From NCBI GenBank assembly GCA_026387575.1, contig JAPLLK010000036.1, positions 1 through 61,849 on the forward strand: DNA of 61,849 nucleotides, in the 5' to 3' direction. A model generated the notes under the pieces. It was not told where the DNA came from and made no database searches. It saw only the letters and a program-made list of their open reading frames with translations. The position numbers were made by a program, and so were the translations under genes. Numbering within the stretch: the stretch's first letter is position 1; every line of letters begins with the position of its first letter. Positions 8,408 to 16,048 of the stretch are shown piece after piece. The stretch is from Nitrospirota bacterium. Lineage in GTDB: Bacteria; Nitrospirota; Thermodesulfovibrionia; Thermodesulfovibrionales; UBA1546.

Positions 8408-9741
8408 TTATGACATTCAAGGTACTTATTGCAGAGGATGAAGAGATAACACTGAAACACCTGAGCTACGCCCTTGATAAAGAGGGTTATGCTGTCACAG
8501 GAGTAAAGAACGGGCTTGATGCCTTAAAACAGCTTGAAAAAGAGGCTTTTGATTTTCTCATCGCTGATATAAAGATGCCGGGGATGGACGGGCTGACTCT
8601 CCTTAAAGAAGTGAAGGGAAAATACCCTGACATGGATGTGATGATAATCACTGGATTCGGAAGCATTGAGTCTGCTGTTGATGCGATGAGGAGGGGAGCC
8701 TCTGAATATATAACCAAACCGTTCAACCTCGATGAACTAATCCTCAAGATAAAGAAGCTTGAGGAAAAAAAAAGATTAGAAAAAGAAAACACAGCGCTTA
8801 AAATATCCCTCGGCCTTGATAAGGACACGCCTCTCATAGCAAGGAGCAAGGCAATGAAGAGAATCGTTGACATCATATCAGGGATAAGGAACTCTGATTG
8901 CAATGTCCTTATCACAGGCGAAAGCGGTGTAGGAAAAGGCCTTGTTGCAAAGCTCATCCATAACACAGGCATGAGGAAGGATAAGCCTTTCCTTGCCTTA
9001 AACTGCGCAACATTTACAGAGGAACTCCTTGCAAGCGAACTGTTCGGACATGAAAGAGGCGCATTCACCGGAGCAGTGACTTCAAAGCAGGGGTTGGTTG
9101 AGATTGCGAATAACGGCACGCTTTTCCTTGATGAGATTGCGGAAATGTCGCCGAATCTTCAGGCAAAACTTTTAAAGGTCATAGAAGACAAGGAATTCCT
9201 GAGGGTCGGCGGCACAAGGACAATAAGGGTTGATGTGAGATTCATTGCCGCGACAAACCAGAACATAAAACAGCTTATATCTAACGGAAGATTCAGAGAA
9301 GATTTGTATTACAGGCTTAATGTGATGGACATTCATATATCTCCGTTAAGAGAGCGCAAAGAAGACATTGCGCCGCTTGCAAAACATTTTCTTGAGAAAT
9401 ATGCAAGAAAGGCAAACAAGAAAATTGAAGGATTCACAACGGATGCAATGGACATGCTTCTCTCATACGGTTTTCCGGGAAACGTGAGAGAGCTTGAAAA
9501 TATAATCGAGAGGGCAGTAATCCTTGGAAACACATCACGCATCAGAGCTGAAAGCCTTCCGCAGTCAATAAAACTCTTTCAGGTGGAGGCGATAGACCCG
9601 AACAGGATTAAGACAATAGATGAGCTTAACAGGGAGTATGCAGAGAAGGTTATAGAACTCGTCGGCGGAAACAAATCCAAGGCATCAGAGCTTCTTGGGA
9701 TTTCAAGGACGAGTTTGTGGAGGGTGCTGAAGGGGGAGTAG
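8404..9741 (+). CDS. sigma-54-dependent response regulator (REC-AAA+-Fis HTH; NtrC/AtoC/ZraR type)
   Basis: REC (LIADIKMPGMDG), Walker A ITGESGVGKG, GAFTGA sigma-54 contact loop, FREDLYYRLNVM, GFPGNVRELEN, and HTH GGNKSKASELLGISRTSLWRVL. Confidence 0.92.
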   Translation: MIMTFKVLIAEDEEITLKHLSYALDKEGYAVTGVKNGLDALKQLEKEAFDFLIADIKMPGMDGLTLLKEVKGKYPDMDVMIITGFGSIESAVDAMRRGASEYITKPFNLDELILKIKKLEEKKRLEKENTALKISLGLDKDTPLIARSKAMKRIVDIISGIRNSDCNVLITGESGVGKGLVAKLIHNTGMRKDKPFLALNCATFTEELLASELFGHERGAFTGAVTSKQGLVEIANNGTLFLDEIAEMSPNLQAKLLKVIEDKEFLRVGGTRTIRVDVRFIAATNQNIKQLISNGRFREDLYYRLNVMDIHISPLRERKEDIAPLAKHFLEKYARKANKKIEGFTTDAMDMLLSYGFPGNVRELENIIERAVILGNTSRIRAESLPQSIKLFQVEAIDPNRIKTIDELNREYAEKVIELVGGNKSKASELLGISRTSLWRVLKGE

Positions 9742-9865
9742 AGCAGCCCTACTCAACGGTGAGGTATTTCACTTTTTCGAGAGTTCTTTAAGCGCCTGGC
9801 CGTACTTTTCTATGAACTCATTTAGCTGTTAATGCTCAGTAATTAGGTAACTTTTTCAAGGTTAT

Positions 9866-9891
9866 CTAAATGCAATCTGATTTGCATTTAG
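9866..9891. repeat. perfect 10-bp inverted repeat CTAAATGCAA-N6-TTGCATTTAG
   Basis: Read directly in the 257-bp spacer between the response regulator gene and the radical SAM gene. No T-tract follows, so it is either a protein-binding dyad or a weak terminator. Confidence 0.4.
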
Positions 9892-9998
9892 TAACACTAT
9901 GTGCCAACATAGCCGCTGGATATTCCGCAGTGATTTTTACTGCCTGGAAAAGCCCCTCACATTTGACAGGGTTCTTCGGAAAAGTGAATAATTAAAAT

Positions 9999-10943
9999 AT
10001 GGAGCTGAGATATAACTCATTTGGACAGTATATGAAAAAGCAGTTCGGGACAACTGTTTATAAGGTTAACATTGACGCTGGCTTTACGTGCCCGAACAGA
10101 GACGGAACCCTTGGTTTTTCAGGATGCATCTACTGCAACAATGACAGCTTCAGGCCCGGCTCATGCAAGCCCACGATGTCGGTGAAAGAGCAGTTAAGAA
10201 ACGGCATTGCATATCTCAGCAGGAGATACGGAGTCAGCAAGTTTCTTGCATATTTTCAGCCGTATTCAAACACTTATGCGCCTGTTGAAGACCTTGAAAT
10301 CTTTTACAAAGAAGCCCTTGCCGAGCCCGCAGTCATCGGTCTTGCCATAGGCACGAGGCCTGACTGCATAGACAGCGAAAAACTCGCACTGCTTGAGTCT
10401 TTAACAGAGAAACATTTTATACTCGTAGAATACGGGCTTCAGTCCATATACGAAAAAACACTCAGCTTCATAAACAGGGGGCATGATTATAAAACTTTTC
10501 TTGATGCTGTTTCACTGACGCGGAGCAAAGGAATATCTGTGGGCGCGCATCTGATTGTGGGATTCCCTACAGAGACAAAAGAGGAAATGCTCAACATGGC
10601 AGATGAGGTTTCAGGAATTAAACCTGATTTTTTAAAGATACACCAGCTTCAGGTCATAAAAGACACACCGCTGGCAGAGATGTATAAAGAAAATCCTTGT
10701 CATACATTTGAATATGAAGAATATCTGGATTTTGTTGTGGATTTTATAGAGAGGCTTTCGCCTGATATTGTTCTTCAGCGGCTCTTTGCAACAGCCCCTG
10801 ACGACATACTGATTGCGCCGAGATGGGACAGGAGCAGGCACCAGATTACAAAAGATATACAGCAGAGGTTTCTTGAAAGGGATACATTTCAGGGGAAGAG
10901 ATACAAGGGGCAGGGGGTTATGACCCCTTTGTCAGTTCTTTAA
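9999..10943 (+). CDS. radical SAM protein, TIGR01212 (YhcC-like) type
   Basis: N-terminal FTCPNRDGTLGFSGCIYCNN cluster motif, and the overall length and layout of the TIGR01212 family. Confidence 0.82.
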   Translation: MELRYNSFGQYMKKQFGTTVYKVNIDAGFTCPNRDGTLGFSGCIYCNNDSFRPGSCKPTMSVKEQLRNGIAYLSRRYGVSKFLAYFQPYSNTYAPVEDLEIFYKEALAEPAVIGLAIGTRPDCIDSEKLALLESLTEKHFILVEYGLQSIYEKTLSFINRGHDYKTFLDAVSLTRSKGISVGAHLIVGFPTETKEEMLNMADEVSGIKPDFLKIHQLQVIKDTPLAEMYKENPCHTFEYEEYLDFVVDFIERLSPDIVLQRLFATAPDDILIAPRWDRSRHQITKDIQQRFLERDTFQGKRYKGQGVMTPLSVL

Positions 10944-11210
10944 ATATTTTTTTAAGTCCCGATAATAGTTCTCATGAGGCCCAATCATAATTAATTCCAA
11001 ATCTTTTTCAATAATCCTATAGGCAAGCAGATATCCCATTGTTTTAATCTTGAATTTATGGACGAATATTCCCCTGAGATCTCCCTTCTTTTCATCTCCG
11101 ATAAAGGGATTGTTTGCTATTTTGCTTATCTCTTGGTCTAATGTTTCCTTTTCTCGTTTGGGCAGTTTTTTCGCTTTTTTCTCGAACAACCTTGATTGGT
11201 ATATTTTCAT
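10932..11210 (-). CDS. type II toxin, RelE/ParE superfamily
   Basis: 92 aa. Shows the KKAKKL...DQEI..IANNP..G..KKGDLRGIFVHKFKI...YLLAYRI pattern typical of RelE/ParE toxins. Lies 5 nt downstream of an antitoxin gene. Its 3' end overlaps the convergent radical SAM gene by 12 nt. Confidence 0.75.
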   Translation of the reverse strand: MKIYQSRLFEKKAKKLPKREKETLDQEISKIANNPFIGDEKKGDLRGIFVHKFKIKTMGYLLAYRIIEKDLELIMIGPHENYYRDLKKYLKN

Positions 11211-11215
11211 GCACT

Positions 11216-11434
11216 TTATCCGAATTTATACTCCGATTTAGCGCCTTGCTCTAATTCTTCTATTCCAATCAAAATCTCCTTGATAAGGTTATAGGGCAAA
11301 TCCGGGTTTTCTTCGGCACACTTGCCTATGCGAGCCCAGTGTTCAATCTGACCGGTTAATGACCTGTGGTCTATCCGGCTAAATTTTTTCGCATCACCAA
11401 TCAACTCTTCCGACATTCTAATAGCTGTTGCCAT
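11216..11434 (-). CDS. ParD-like type II antitoxin
   Basis: 72 aa. MATAIRMSEELIGDAKKFSRIDHRSLTGQIEHWARIGK matches the ParD_like antitoxin pattern (RS..GQIEhWA). SD GGAGG upstream. Confidence 0.7.
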   Translation of the reverse strand: MATAIRMSEELIGDAKKFSRIDHRSLTGQIEHWARIGKCAEENPDLPYNLIKEILIGIEELEQGAKSEYKFG

Positions 11435-11448
11435 AGCAGCGCCTCCAT

Positions 11449-11477
11449 ATTATATATTTGCAACTATTTTAATTCAA
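11449..11477 (-). promoter_or_regulatory. sigma-70-type promoter of the parD-like/relE-like operon (TTGAAT-17-TATAAT on the minus strand)
   Basis: Minus-strand reading: TTGAAT (11477..11472), a 17-nt spacer, TATAAT (11454..11449), then GGAGG and the ATG at 11434. Confidence 0.55.
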
Positions 11478-11478
11478 T

Positions 11479-11494
11479 TTGCAGCAAAATGCAA
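11479..11494. promoter_or_regulatory. candidate antitoxin operator, dyad TTGCA-N6-TGCAA
   Basis: Palindrome TTGCAGCAAAATGCAA abuts the -35 box. A further TTGCAA (11458..11463) lies in the promoter spacer. TA operons are typically autoregulated through such dyads. Confidence 0.4.
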
Positions 11495-11584
11495 CACCTA
11501 CGCTGCTGCCGCGGCTGGTATTTGTCTCAGGCTACGGCATGGCAGGGATTTGATGGGTATATTTGTAATTTGTCCAGAACGATG

Positions 11585-11652
11585 GCCTTAACCAGCGGGG
11601 GGCAAGCGGCCCGGAATGAAAAAAGAGGCTTATTCCCCGTCTGGTTGAAGGC
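11585..11652. repeat. long imperfect inverted repeat (GCCTTAACCAGCGGGG ... CCCCGTCTGGTTGAAGGC), GC-rich relative to its surroundings
   Basis: About 15 bp of pairing enclose a 34-nt interior that itself contains short stems (GGGC/GCCC, GGAAT/ATTCC). Lies just downstream of the 11704..12186 gene. Possible terminator or structured RNA. Confidence 0.35.
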
Positions 11653-11703
11653 GGTGTTATGTTTATTGTTGTCTCTTTGTTGTGACATTAATTAGATGCG
11701 ATG

Positions 11704-12186
11704 TCATTTTGCCGCGTTTCTTTTAATGGCTGAAGTGTAATCAGCTCTCTTATTGTGTAACTGCAGTATTAACTTTGACAGTAAAGCTTGAAATAATTGA
11801 ATATTAATGCCATAAGCGAAAATGGAAAAACGCCGCGATCTTAATACCCCTGTCACGCTGTCAACGCTGGCAGGGTAATAGGCATATTCAGCGTGAGCCA
11901 AGCATTTATTTCGTATTTGCAGTAATGTATTAAAGAGATTCAACTCGTCCTGTGTTATTTCGGAAAACCAATCAATTCTTAAATTTGAAATTGCTTTGGT
12001 TCTTTTCCCTTTTTCATTGGAGCTAAATGGCCGAGCAAAATATAGGACGGCAGCTATTAATAATGCTTCCTTTGGAATACTACCGCTTTCGTGGTTAAAT
12101 GCTTCAGATAAGAATTTTTGCGAATCTTCAAGGTCGTGGACACTGATTGAAAAACGGTTCAATTCTTCAACATTGGATATCTTCAT
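11704..12186 (-). CDS. hypothetical protein with a HEPN-like Rx5H motif (RNKCLAH); candidate RNase toxin or abortive-infection effector
   Basis: 160-aa ORF with SD GAGGAG 7 nt upstream of the ATG. The motif LLQIRNKCLAHAE (encoded at 11893..11913) resembles the R[ND]Kxx-AH form of the HEPN active-site signature in Abi-type families. No other family was recognised. Confidence 0.4.
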   Translation of the reverse strand: MKISNVEELNRFSISVHDLEDSQKFLSEAFNHESGSIPKEALLIAAVLYFARPFSSNEKGKRTKAISNLRIDWFSEITQDELNLFNTLLQIRNKCLAHAEYAYYPASVDSVTGVLRSRRFSIFAYGINIQLFQALLSKLILQLHNKRADYTSAIKRNAAK

Positions 12187-12207
12187 GAACTGCTCCTCGC
12201 TAAATTA

Positions 12208-12639
12208 CTATTTCAGCTTTCTTGATATAAATGTTGACTTATCGGAATTTAACCAAATTACTTTATAGGACCCCTTCCGACCGAGGATTGGACCAATTTT
12301 CTCAAGCACTACGGCACCGCATGTGGGACATTCTTCTCGATTTTCACAAACAAATTTATCACCGATCAGATTCACTGAAATTATATCACCCGAGGGCGCA
12401 TCTATTGTTTCGGAAAGGCATTGGGAGCAAAATCTAGGGGTTCTTGAATAATCGACCTCTTGTGAATAAAGTTTCAAGCAAGCATCTGCATTGCAATAGT
12501 AATACTTAGGCCCTTCAATAAGACAATGCTCGCAGTAATGTCTCATGCACGCGTGGCAAAAGCTTAATGCATCCTTATTGGGATGATTAAAACATTTTCC
12601 CGATGGCTTCTTTAGGCTTTTAATGATTTTTTCAAACAT
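12208..12639 (-). CDS. Cys-rich zinc-finger protein (B-box-like CxxH..CxxC..CxxC module plus a second CxxC...CxxC zinc ribbon)
   Basis: 143 aa. CFNHPNKDALSFCHACMRHYCEHC, then FCSQC ... CPTC. Lies 21 nt upstream of the HEPN-like gene on the same strand. Confidence 0.55.
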   Translation of the reverse strand: MFEKIIKSLKKPSGKCFNHPNKDALSFCHACMRHYCEHCLIEGPKYYYCNADACLKLYSQEVDYSRTPRFCSQCLSETIDAPSGDIISVNLIGDKFVCENREECPTCGAVVLEKIGPILGRKGSYKVIWLNSDKSTFISRKLK

Positions 12640-12675
12640 ACCATCATGTTTTATACTGCTGCGGCATTTGTTGTG

Positions 12676-12705
12676 ATTATAGAGGGTGATTTATTGGTTA
12701 GTCAA
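12676..12705 (-). promoter_or_regulatory. sigma-70-type promoter (TTGACT-18-TATAAT on the minus strand) for the zinc-finger/HEPN-like gene pair
   Basis: Minus-strand reading: TTGACT (12705..12700), an 18-nt spacer, TATAAT (12681..12676). Lies about 35 nt upstream of the ATG at 12639. Confidence 0.55.
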
Positions 12706-12772
12706 TAGGAATCACGTTAATGTGTTGCCAATTTAGAAATGTCCGGTTTTATGTTATTGCCTCAACATAGTC

Positions 12773-12882
12773 GTCATTCCCGCTTGCCCCGACACAGCGG
12801 TGCTTGTCAGGAATCTTTCTTTTTCGGAAGGATTCTCCGCCTCGGCGGATCCGCTGAGGCTGGACGGACAAGCCGCAATGAC
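12773..12882. repeat. miniature nested-palindrome repeat element (long copy), with GTCATTCCCGCTTG ... CAAGCCGCAATGAC termini
   Basis: The termini (12/14 complementary) and the core GGAATCTTTCTTTTTCGGAAGGATT are shared with the reverse complement of 51506..51566. This copy carries two extra internal segments. Non-coding; the 12739..13065 ORF is its translation artefact. Confidence 0.6.
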
Positions 12883-12928
12883 AATAAAGGATGCCCATAT
12901 CATCTTGCTCGTAATTGTCCGGCATTGA

Positions 12929-15586
12929 TTAATGGATTAAGTCTTTCACTCTCTCCCTTAGTTTATCTGCAAAGAGCTGATATTTGTCTCTGCCGTGTTG
13001 CTCTCCTGTTATGTTCAGCAATGACGGATAAAAAGGCTTATCAAAACGGATTGTTATTTTTCTAAATCTCGGCAGATACGCGCCTTTTGGAAGCGACTCA
13101 TAAGACCCTTTTATCGATGCAGGGACAACAGGCACATTGAGTTCCAGCGCAAGAATGCCAATGCCTTTTTTAAAGCCCATGATATTTCCGTCATAAGACC
13201 TTCCGCCTTCAGGAAATATGAAGAGGGCCTTGTTGTTTTTCAATACATAGGCAGAAAGCCGGAGCGCTTTGCCCAGATATGTCTCAGGATCTATTGGTAT
13301 CACGTGAGCAAGCCTCGCAAAAAAGGCAGTCAGCCTGCTTGTGAAGTATTTCTGAAATCCCTGAAAGTAAAGCGTTGTGTAAATATTTAAAGGAAGAGCG
13401 GCAGCGACTGCAAAGCCGTCCAGATTACTGCAATGGTTTGCTGCGATTATAAACGGGACATTAGGGATATTCTCTACCCCCTTAACTTCAAGCCTGAAAA
13501 ATATTCTGAAGAACATTTTGATAATCCCTATCAGGAATGATACAAAAAGCCATTCCATCGCACCTTGTTTAAGCCCGACTTTTTCCTTTTCTTCGTCAGA
13601 AGGCTCTCCTGAAAAAATAGAGGCAATCCCTTCCTTTGATCCTTCCTTTGTTGAAATGGATGCGGCTGATTGCTTGATTTTCTCCACTATCTCTCCGACT
13701 GTCTGGATGTCTGATGTAAAGGTTTCAGGGAGTTTTATGGAAAATTTACTTTCAAGGCTGACAACAAGCTCTATCCTCTGAAGAGAGTCAAGCCCGAGGT
13801 CAAGTTCAAGGTTGTCTTTAGATTGAATAGGCATAGGTTCTTTAAGCAGAGGGGTTAAGCATTCAATGACAGTTCTTCCAACTGCGTCAGAAGTAAGCGT
13901 TTTATCTTCACTCTCAACTTTTAATTTCTCACTTTTAACTTTAACAAGGTCTTTAATCATGAACCTTCTTAATTTCCCGAGAGGCGTCCTCGGCAGAGGC
14001 TCGGAATACAGCGTAAAACCTTTAATCCTCATGTAAGGCAGCAGCTTGCCTGAGATACGGCTTAAATCCCATCCCAATGCTTCATTGATATTCCCTGTCT
14101 GCTGCTGCCTTGCATAGTCAAGGTCAGGGACGATGATTGCATGAAGGGCTTCTACCCTGCCTTTTTCTTCAAGCCCAAGAACGCAGATTTCCTTAATCAA
14201 GGGAATCTTTGAATATTCTTTTTCTACCTCCTCAGGATATATATTTTTGCCTGAACCGAGGACAATGACTTCCTTTATGCGTCCTGTTATAAACAGGTAT
14301 CCGTCCCTGTCAATATATCCGAGATCTCCGCTGAAAAACCAGCTGTCTCTGACTGCCTGTCCTGTTGCATCAGGATTTCTATAATACCCCTTCATCACCA
14401 TAGGGCCTCTGATTGCGATCTCTCCTTCCCCTCCTGTATTCATCACACTTCCGTCAGCAGCGCTTATTACTTTTATCTCCGCCGAAGGCAGCGGTTTTCC
14501 GGCAGAGCCGGGCTTCCGCTTGCTCATCGGGTTGAATGTGACAACAGGAGATGTCTCTGTAAGCCCGTAGCCCTCAAGCGCTGTAAAGCCCAATGCCTCA
14601 AGGTCTTTCATCAATTCAGGGTCAAGCCTTGCTCCTCCGCTTGCAAAAAACCTGAACCTGTTTCCAAACGCATTATGAACGGGTTTGAGTATTCCCTTGC
14701 TGATATTAATGCCTGTTTTCCTTCTCAGACTGCCGGAAACTTTCAACAGGGTTTTCATTAACAATGGTGCAGGCGCGGGAAGTTTTTTAAATTTATCCGT
14801 AATCCCGTTTCTTATCATCTCAAGCAGTTGAGGAACGCCGACAAGAATAGTAACGCCGTTGTCTTTCATTGCTGAAGTAATGTCAGTCCCCTTTAAACTC
14901 GGGGAATAGGTTATTGCCGCGCCTAAAAAAAGCGGCACAAGGAATGTGGACATAAATGGATAGGTATGGTGCAGCGGCAGAAGCGAAAGGACATTGTCGG
15001 ATTTTGTGATGACGCCTGCCTTTATCAGAGCATCTGCATCAGAACAGAAATTTCTGTGCGTCAGCATCACACCTTTAGGAATCCCTGTTGTTCCTGACGT
15101 ATATATTATAGACGCAATATCCTCCGGCGATGTCTCAGGATAACGGACTATTTCTTTTAATCCGCATATCTCCTTAACATCAGGAGAATCAAGGTTTATT
15201 TTCCTTACGCCCAGCCCTGCGGCTGCTTCATTTACATTTGCTTCTGTCTTTGAGCTGAAAAAGATAACCCTTGATTCAGAATCAACAAGGAGGTTTCTTA
15301 CAGATTCAGGGTTGAGCTGCGAGTCTATCGGGACTGCAATTGCGCCAGCCATCACGATTCCTAAGTATGAGGCGCACCATTCATACCTGTTCTCCGAGAA
15401 TATCGCAATCCTATCAGTTTTATTTATTCCTGTTTTTATCAGACAGGAGGCAATGGCTTTTGAATCTGAAGCAAATGCGCTGTAGGTTATTGTCTTCCAT
15501 GTGCGGTCAAAGTAATTGAATGCAATGCTGTCCTTATGTTCTTCGGCGGTTTTAAGAAATATACTATGGATGGTATTATCAGCCAT
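12929..15586 (-). CDS. tri-domain fusion: acyl-AMP/CoA ligase (AMP-binding) - acyl carrier (PP-binding) domain - TM segment - PlsC-type lysophospholipid acyltransferase
   Basis: AMP-binding core YTSGTTGIPKGVMLTHRNF. Carrier-domain Ser motif LDLGLDSLQRIELV. Hydrophobic WLFVSFLIGIIKMFFRIFF. Acyltransferase HX4D (AANHCSNLD) and FPEGGRS motifs. Confidence 0.85.
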   Translation of the reverse strand: MADNTIHSIFLKTAEEHKDSIAFNYFDRTWKTITYSAFASDSKAIASCLIKTGINKTDRIAIFSENRYEWCASYLGIVMAGAIAVPIDSQLNPESVRNLLVDSESRVIFFSSKTEANVNEAAAGLGVRKINLDSPDVKEICGLKEIVRYPETSPEDIASIIYTSGTTGIPKGVMLTHRNFCSDADALIKAGVITKSDNVLSLLPLHHTYPFMSTFLVPLFLGAAITYSPSLKGTDITSAMKDNGVTILVGVPQLLEMIRNGITDKFKKLPAPAPLLMKTLLKVSGSLRRKTGINISKGILKPVHNAFGNRFRFFASGGARLDPELMKDLEALGFTALEGYGLTETSPVVTFNPMSKRKPGSAGKPLPSAEIKVISAADGSVMNTGGEGEIAIRGPMVMKGYYRNPDATGQAVRDSWFFSGDLGYIDRDGYLFITGRIKEVIVLGSGKNIYPEEVEKEYSKIPLIKEICVLGLEEKGRVEALHAIIVPDLDYARQQQTGNINEALGWDLSRISGKLLPYMRIKGFTLYSEPLPRTPLGKLRRFMIKDLVKVKSEKLKVESEDKTLTSDAVGRTVIECLTPLLKEPMPIQSKDNLELDLGLDSLQRIELVVSLESKFSIKLPETFTSDIQTVGEIVEKIKQSAASISTKEGSKEGIASIFSGEPSDEEKEKVGLKQGAMEWLFVSFLIGIIKMFFRIFFRLEVKGVENIPNVPFIIAANHCSNLDGFAVAAALPLNIYTTLYFQGFQKYFTSRLTAFFARLAHVIPIDPETYLGKALRLSAYVLKNNKALFIFPEGGRSYDGNIMGFKKGIGILALELNVPVVPASIKGSYESLPKGAYLPRFRKITIRFDKPFYPSLLNITGEQHGRDKYQLFADKLRERVKDLIH
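13910..13944. repeat. period-7/14 tandem repeat (ACTCTCA ACTTTTA ATTTCTC ACTTTTA ACTTTAA on the plus strand)
   Basis: Read directly. Encodes KVKSEKLKVESED in the linker between the ligase and carrier domains of the fusion protein. Confidence 0.65.
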
Positions 15587-15692
15587 TCTTATCCATTATC
15601 TGAAAAGTTATGCAAAATAGCAATATTCCAATGTCGCTCAAAGGGTTAGGCAGAGCTTTTTATTTTATGCTAAAATTTAGAGCGGAGGAATT

Positions 15693-16016
15693 ATGATACC
15701 TGAATTGAAATTTGATGAGAAAGGGCTAATACCTGCAATCATACAGGATGCAGAAAGCAATGAAGTCCTGATGATGGCGTATATGGATAAAACAGCGCTT
15801 GAAAAAACCCTGGGAACAGGGGTTACGCATTTCTGGTCGCGCTCAAGGCAGAAATACTGGATGAAGGGAGAGACATCCGGGAATGTTCAGGAAGTAAAAG
15901 AAATTCTTTATGACTGCGATGAAGACACCCTGCTTGTAAAAGTAGTCCAGCGCGGCTCAGGCGCCTGCCACACAGGCGAAAGGACATGTTTTTTCAGAAG
16001 CATTTCAAAAACCTGA
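15693..16016 (+). CDS. hisI: phosphoribosyl-AMP cyclohydrolase
   Basis: [29 protein letters not shown]...[19 protein letters not shown]...DCDEDTLL...[12 protein letters not shown]. Confidence 0.9.
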   Translation: MIPELKFDEKGLIPAIIQDAESNEVLMMAYMDKTALEKTLGTGVTHFWSRSRQKYWMKGETSGNVQEVKEILYDCDEDTLLVKVVQRGSGACHTGERTCFFRSISKT

Positions 16017-16048
16017 TTTTAATCTGACCGCAGCCTGCTTAACTATTG

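Noticed and set aside
8765-8773. A9 homopolymer inside the response regulator gene, plus several A8/T8 tracts elsewhere (for example in slt, cbiO, the LtaS-like gene and lptD), considered as possible phase-variation switches.
   Set aside because: They encode Lys-rich linkers in an AT-leaning genome. The tracts are short, and nothing suggests variability. This cannot be supported from a single sequence.
9780-9850. Minus-strand reading QLNEFIEKYGQALKELSKK*, which looks like the C-terminus of a small antitoxin-like protein (possible gene remnant).
   Set aside because: Only 19 codons are open after an in-frame stop, with no start codon. This is too short to call a pseudogene without a database comparison.
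9963-9992. Possible sigma-70 promoter TTGACA-17/18-(G)AATAAT upstream of the radical SAM gene.
   Set aside because: The -10 element ends only about 7 nt before the ATG. This would imply a leaderless transcript with no SD. It is plausible but not supportable from sequence alone.
11366-11695. Plus-strand ORF (109 aa) spanning the TA promoter region and the GC-rich inverted repeat.
   Set aside because: It overlaps the antitoxin gene start and promoter. Its composition is Cys/Ser-rich and not protein-like, and it has no SD.
12739-13065. Plus-strand ORF (108 aa).
   Set aside because: It is the translation of the miniature palindromic repeat plus the antisense of the 3' end of the acyl-ligase fusion gene.
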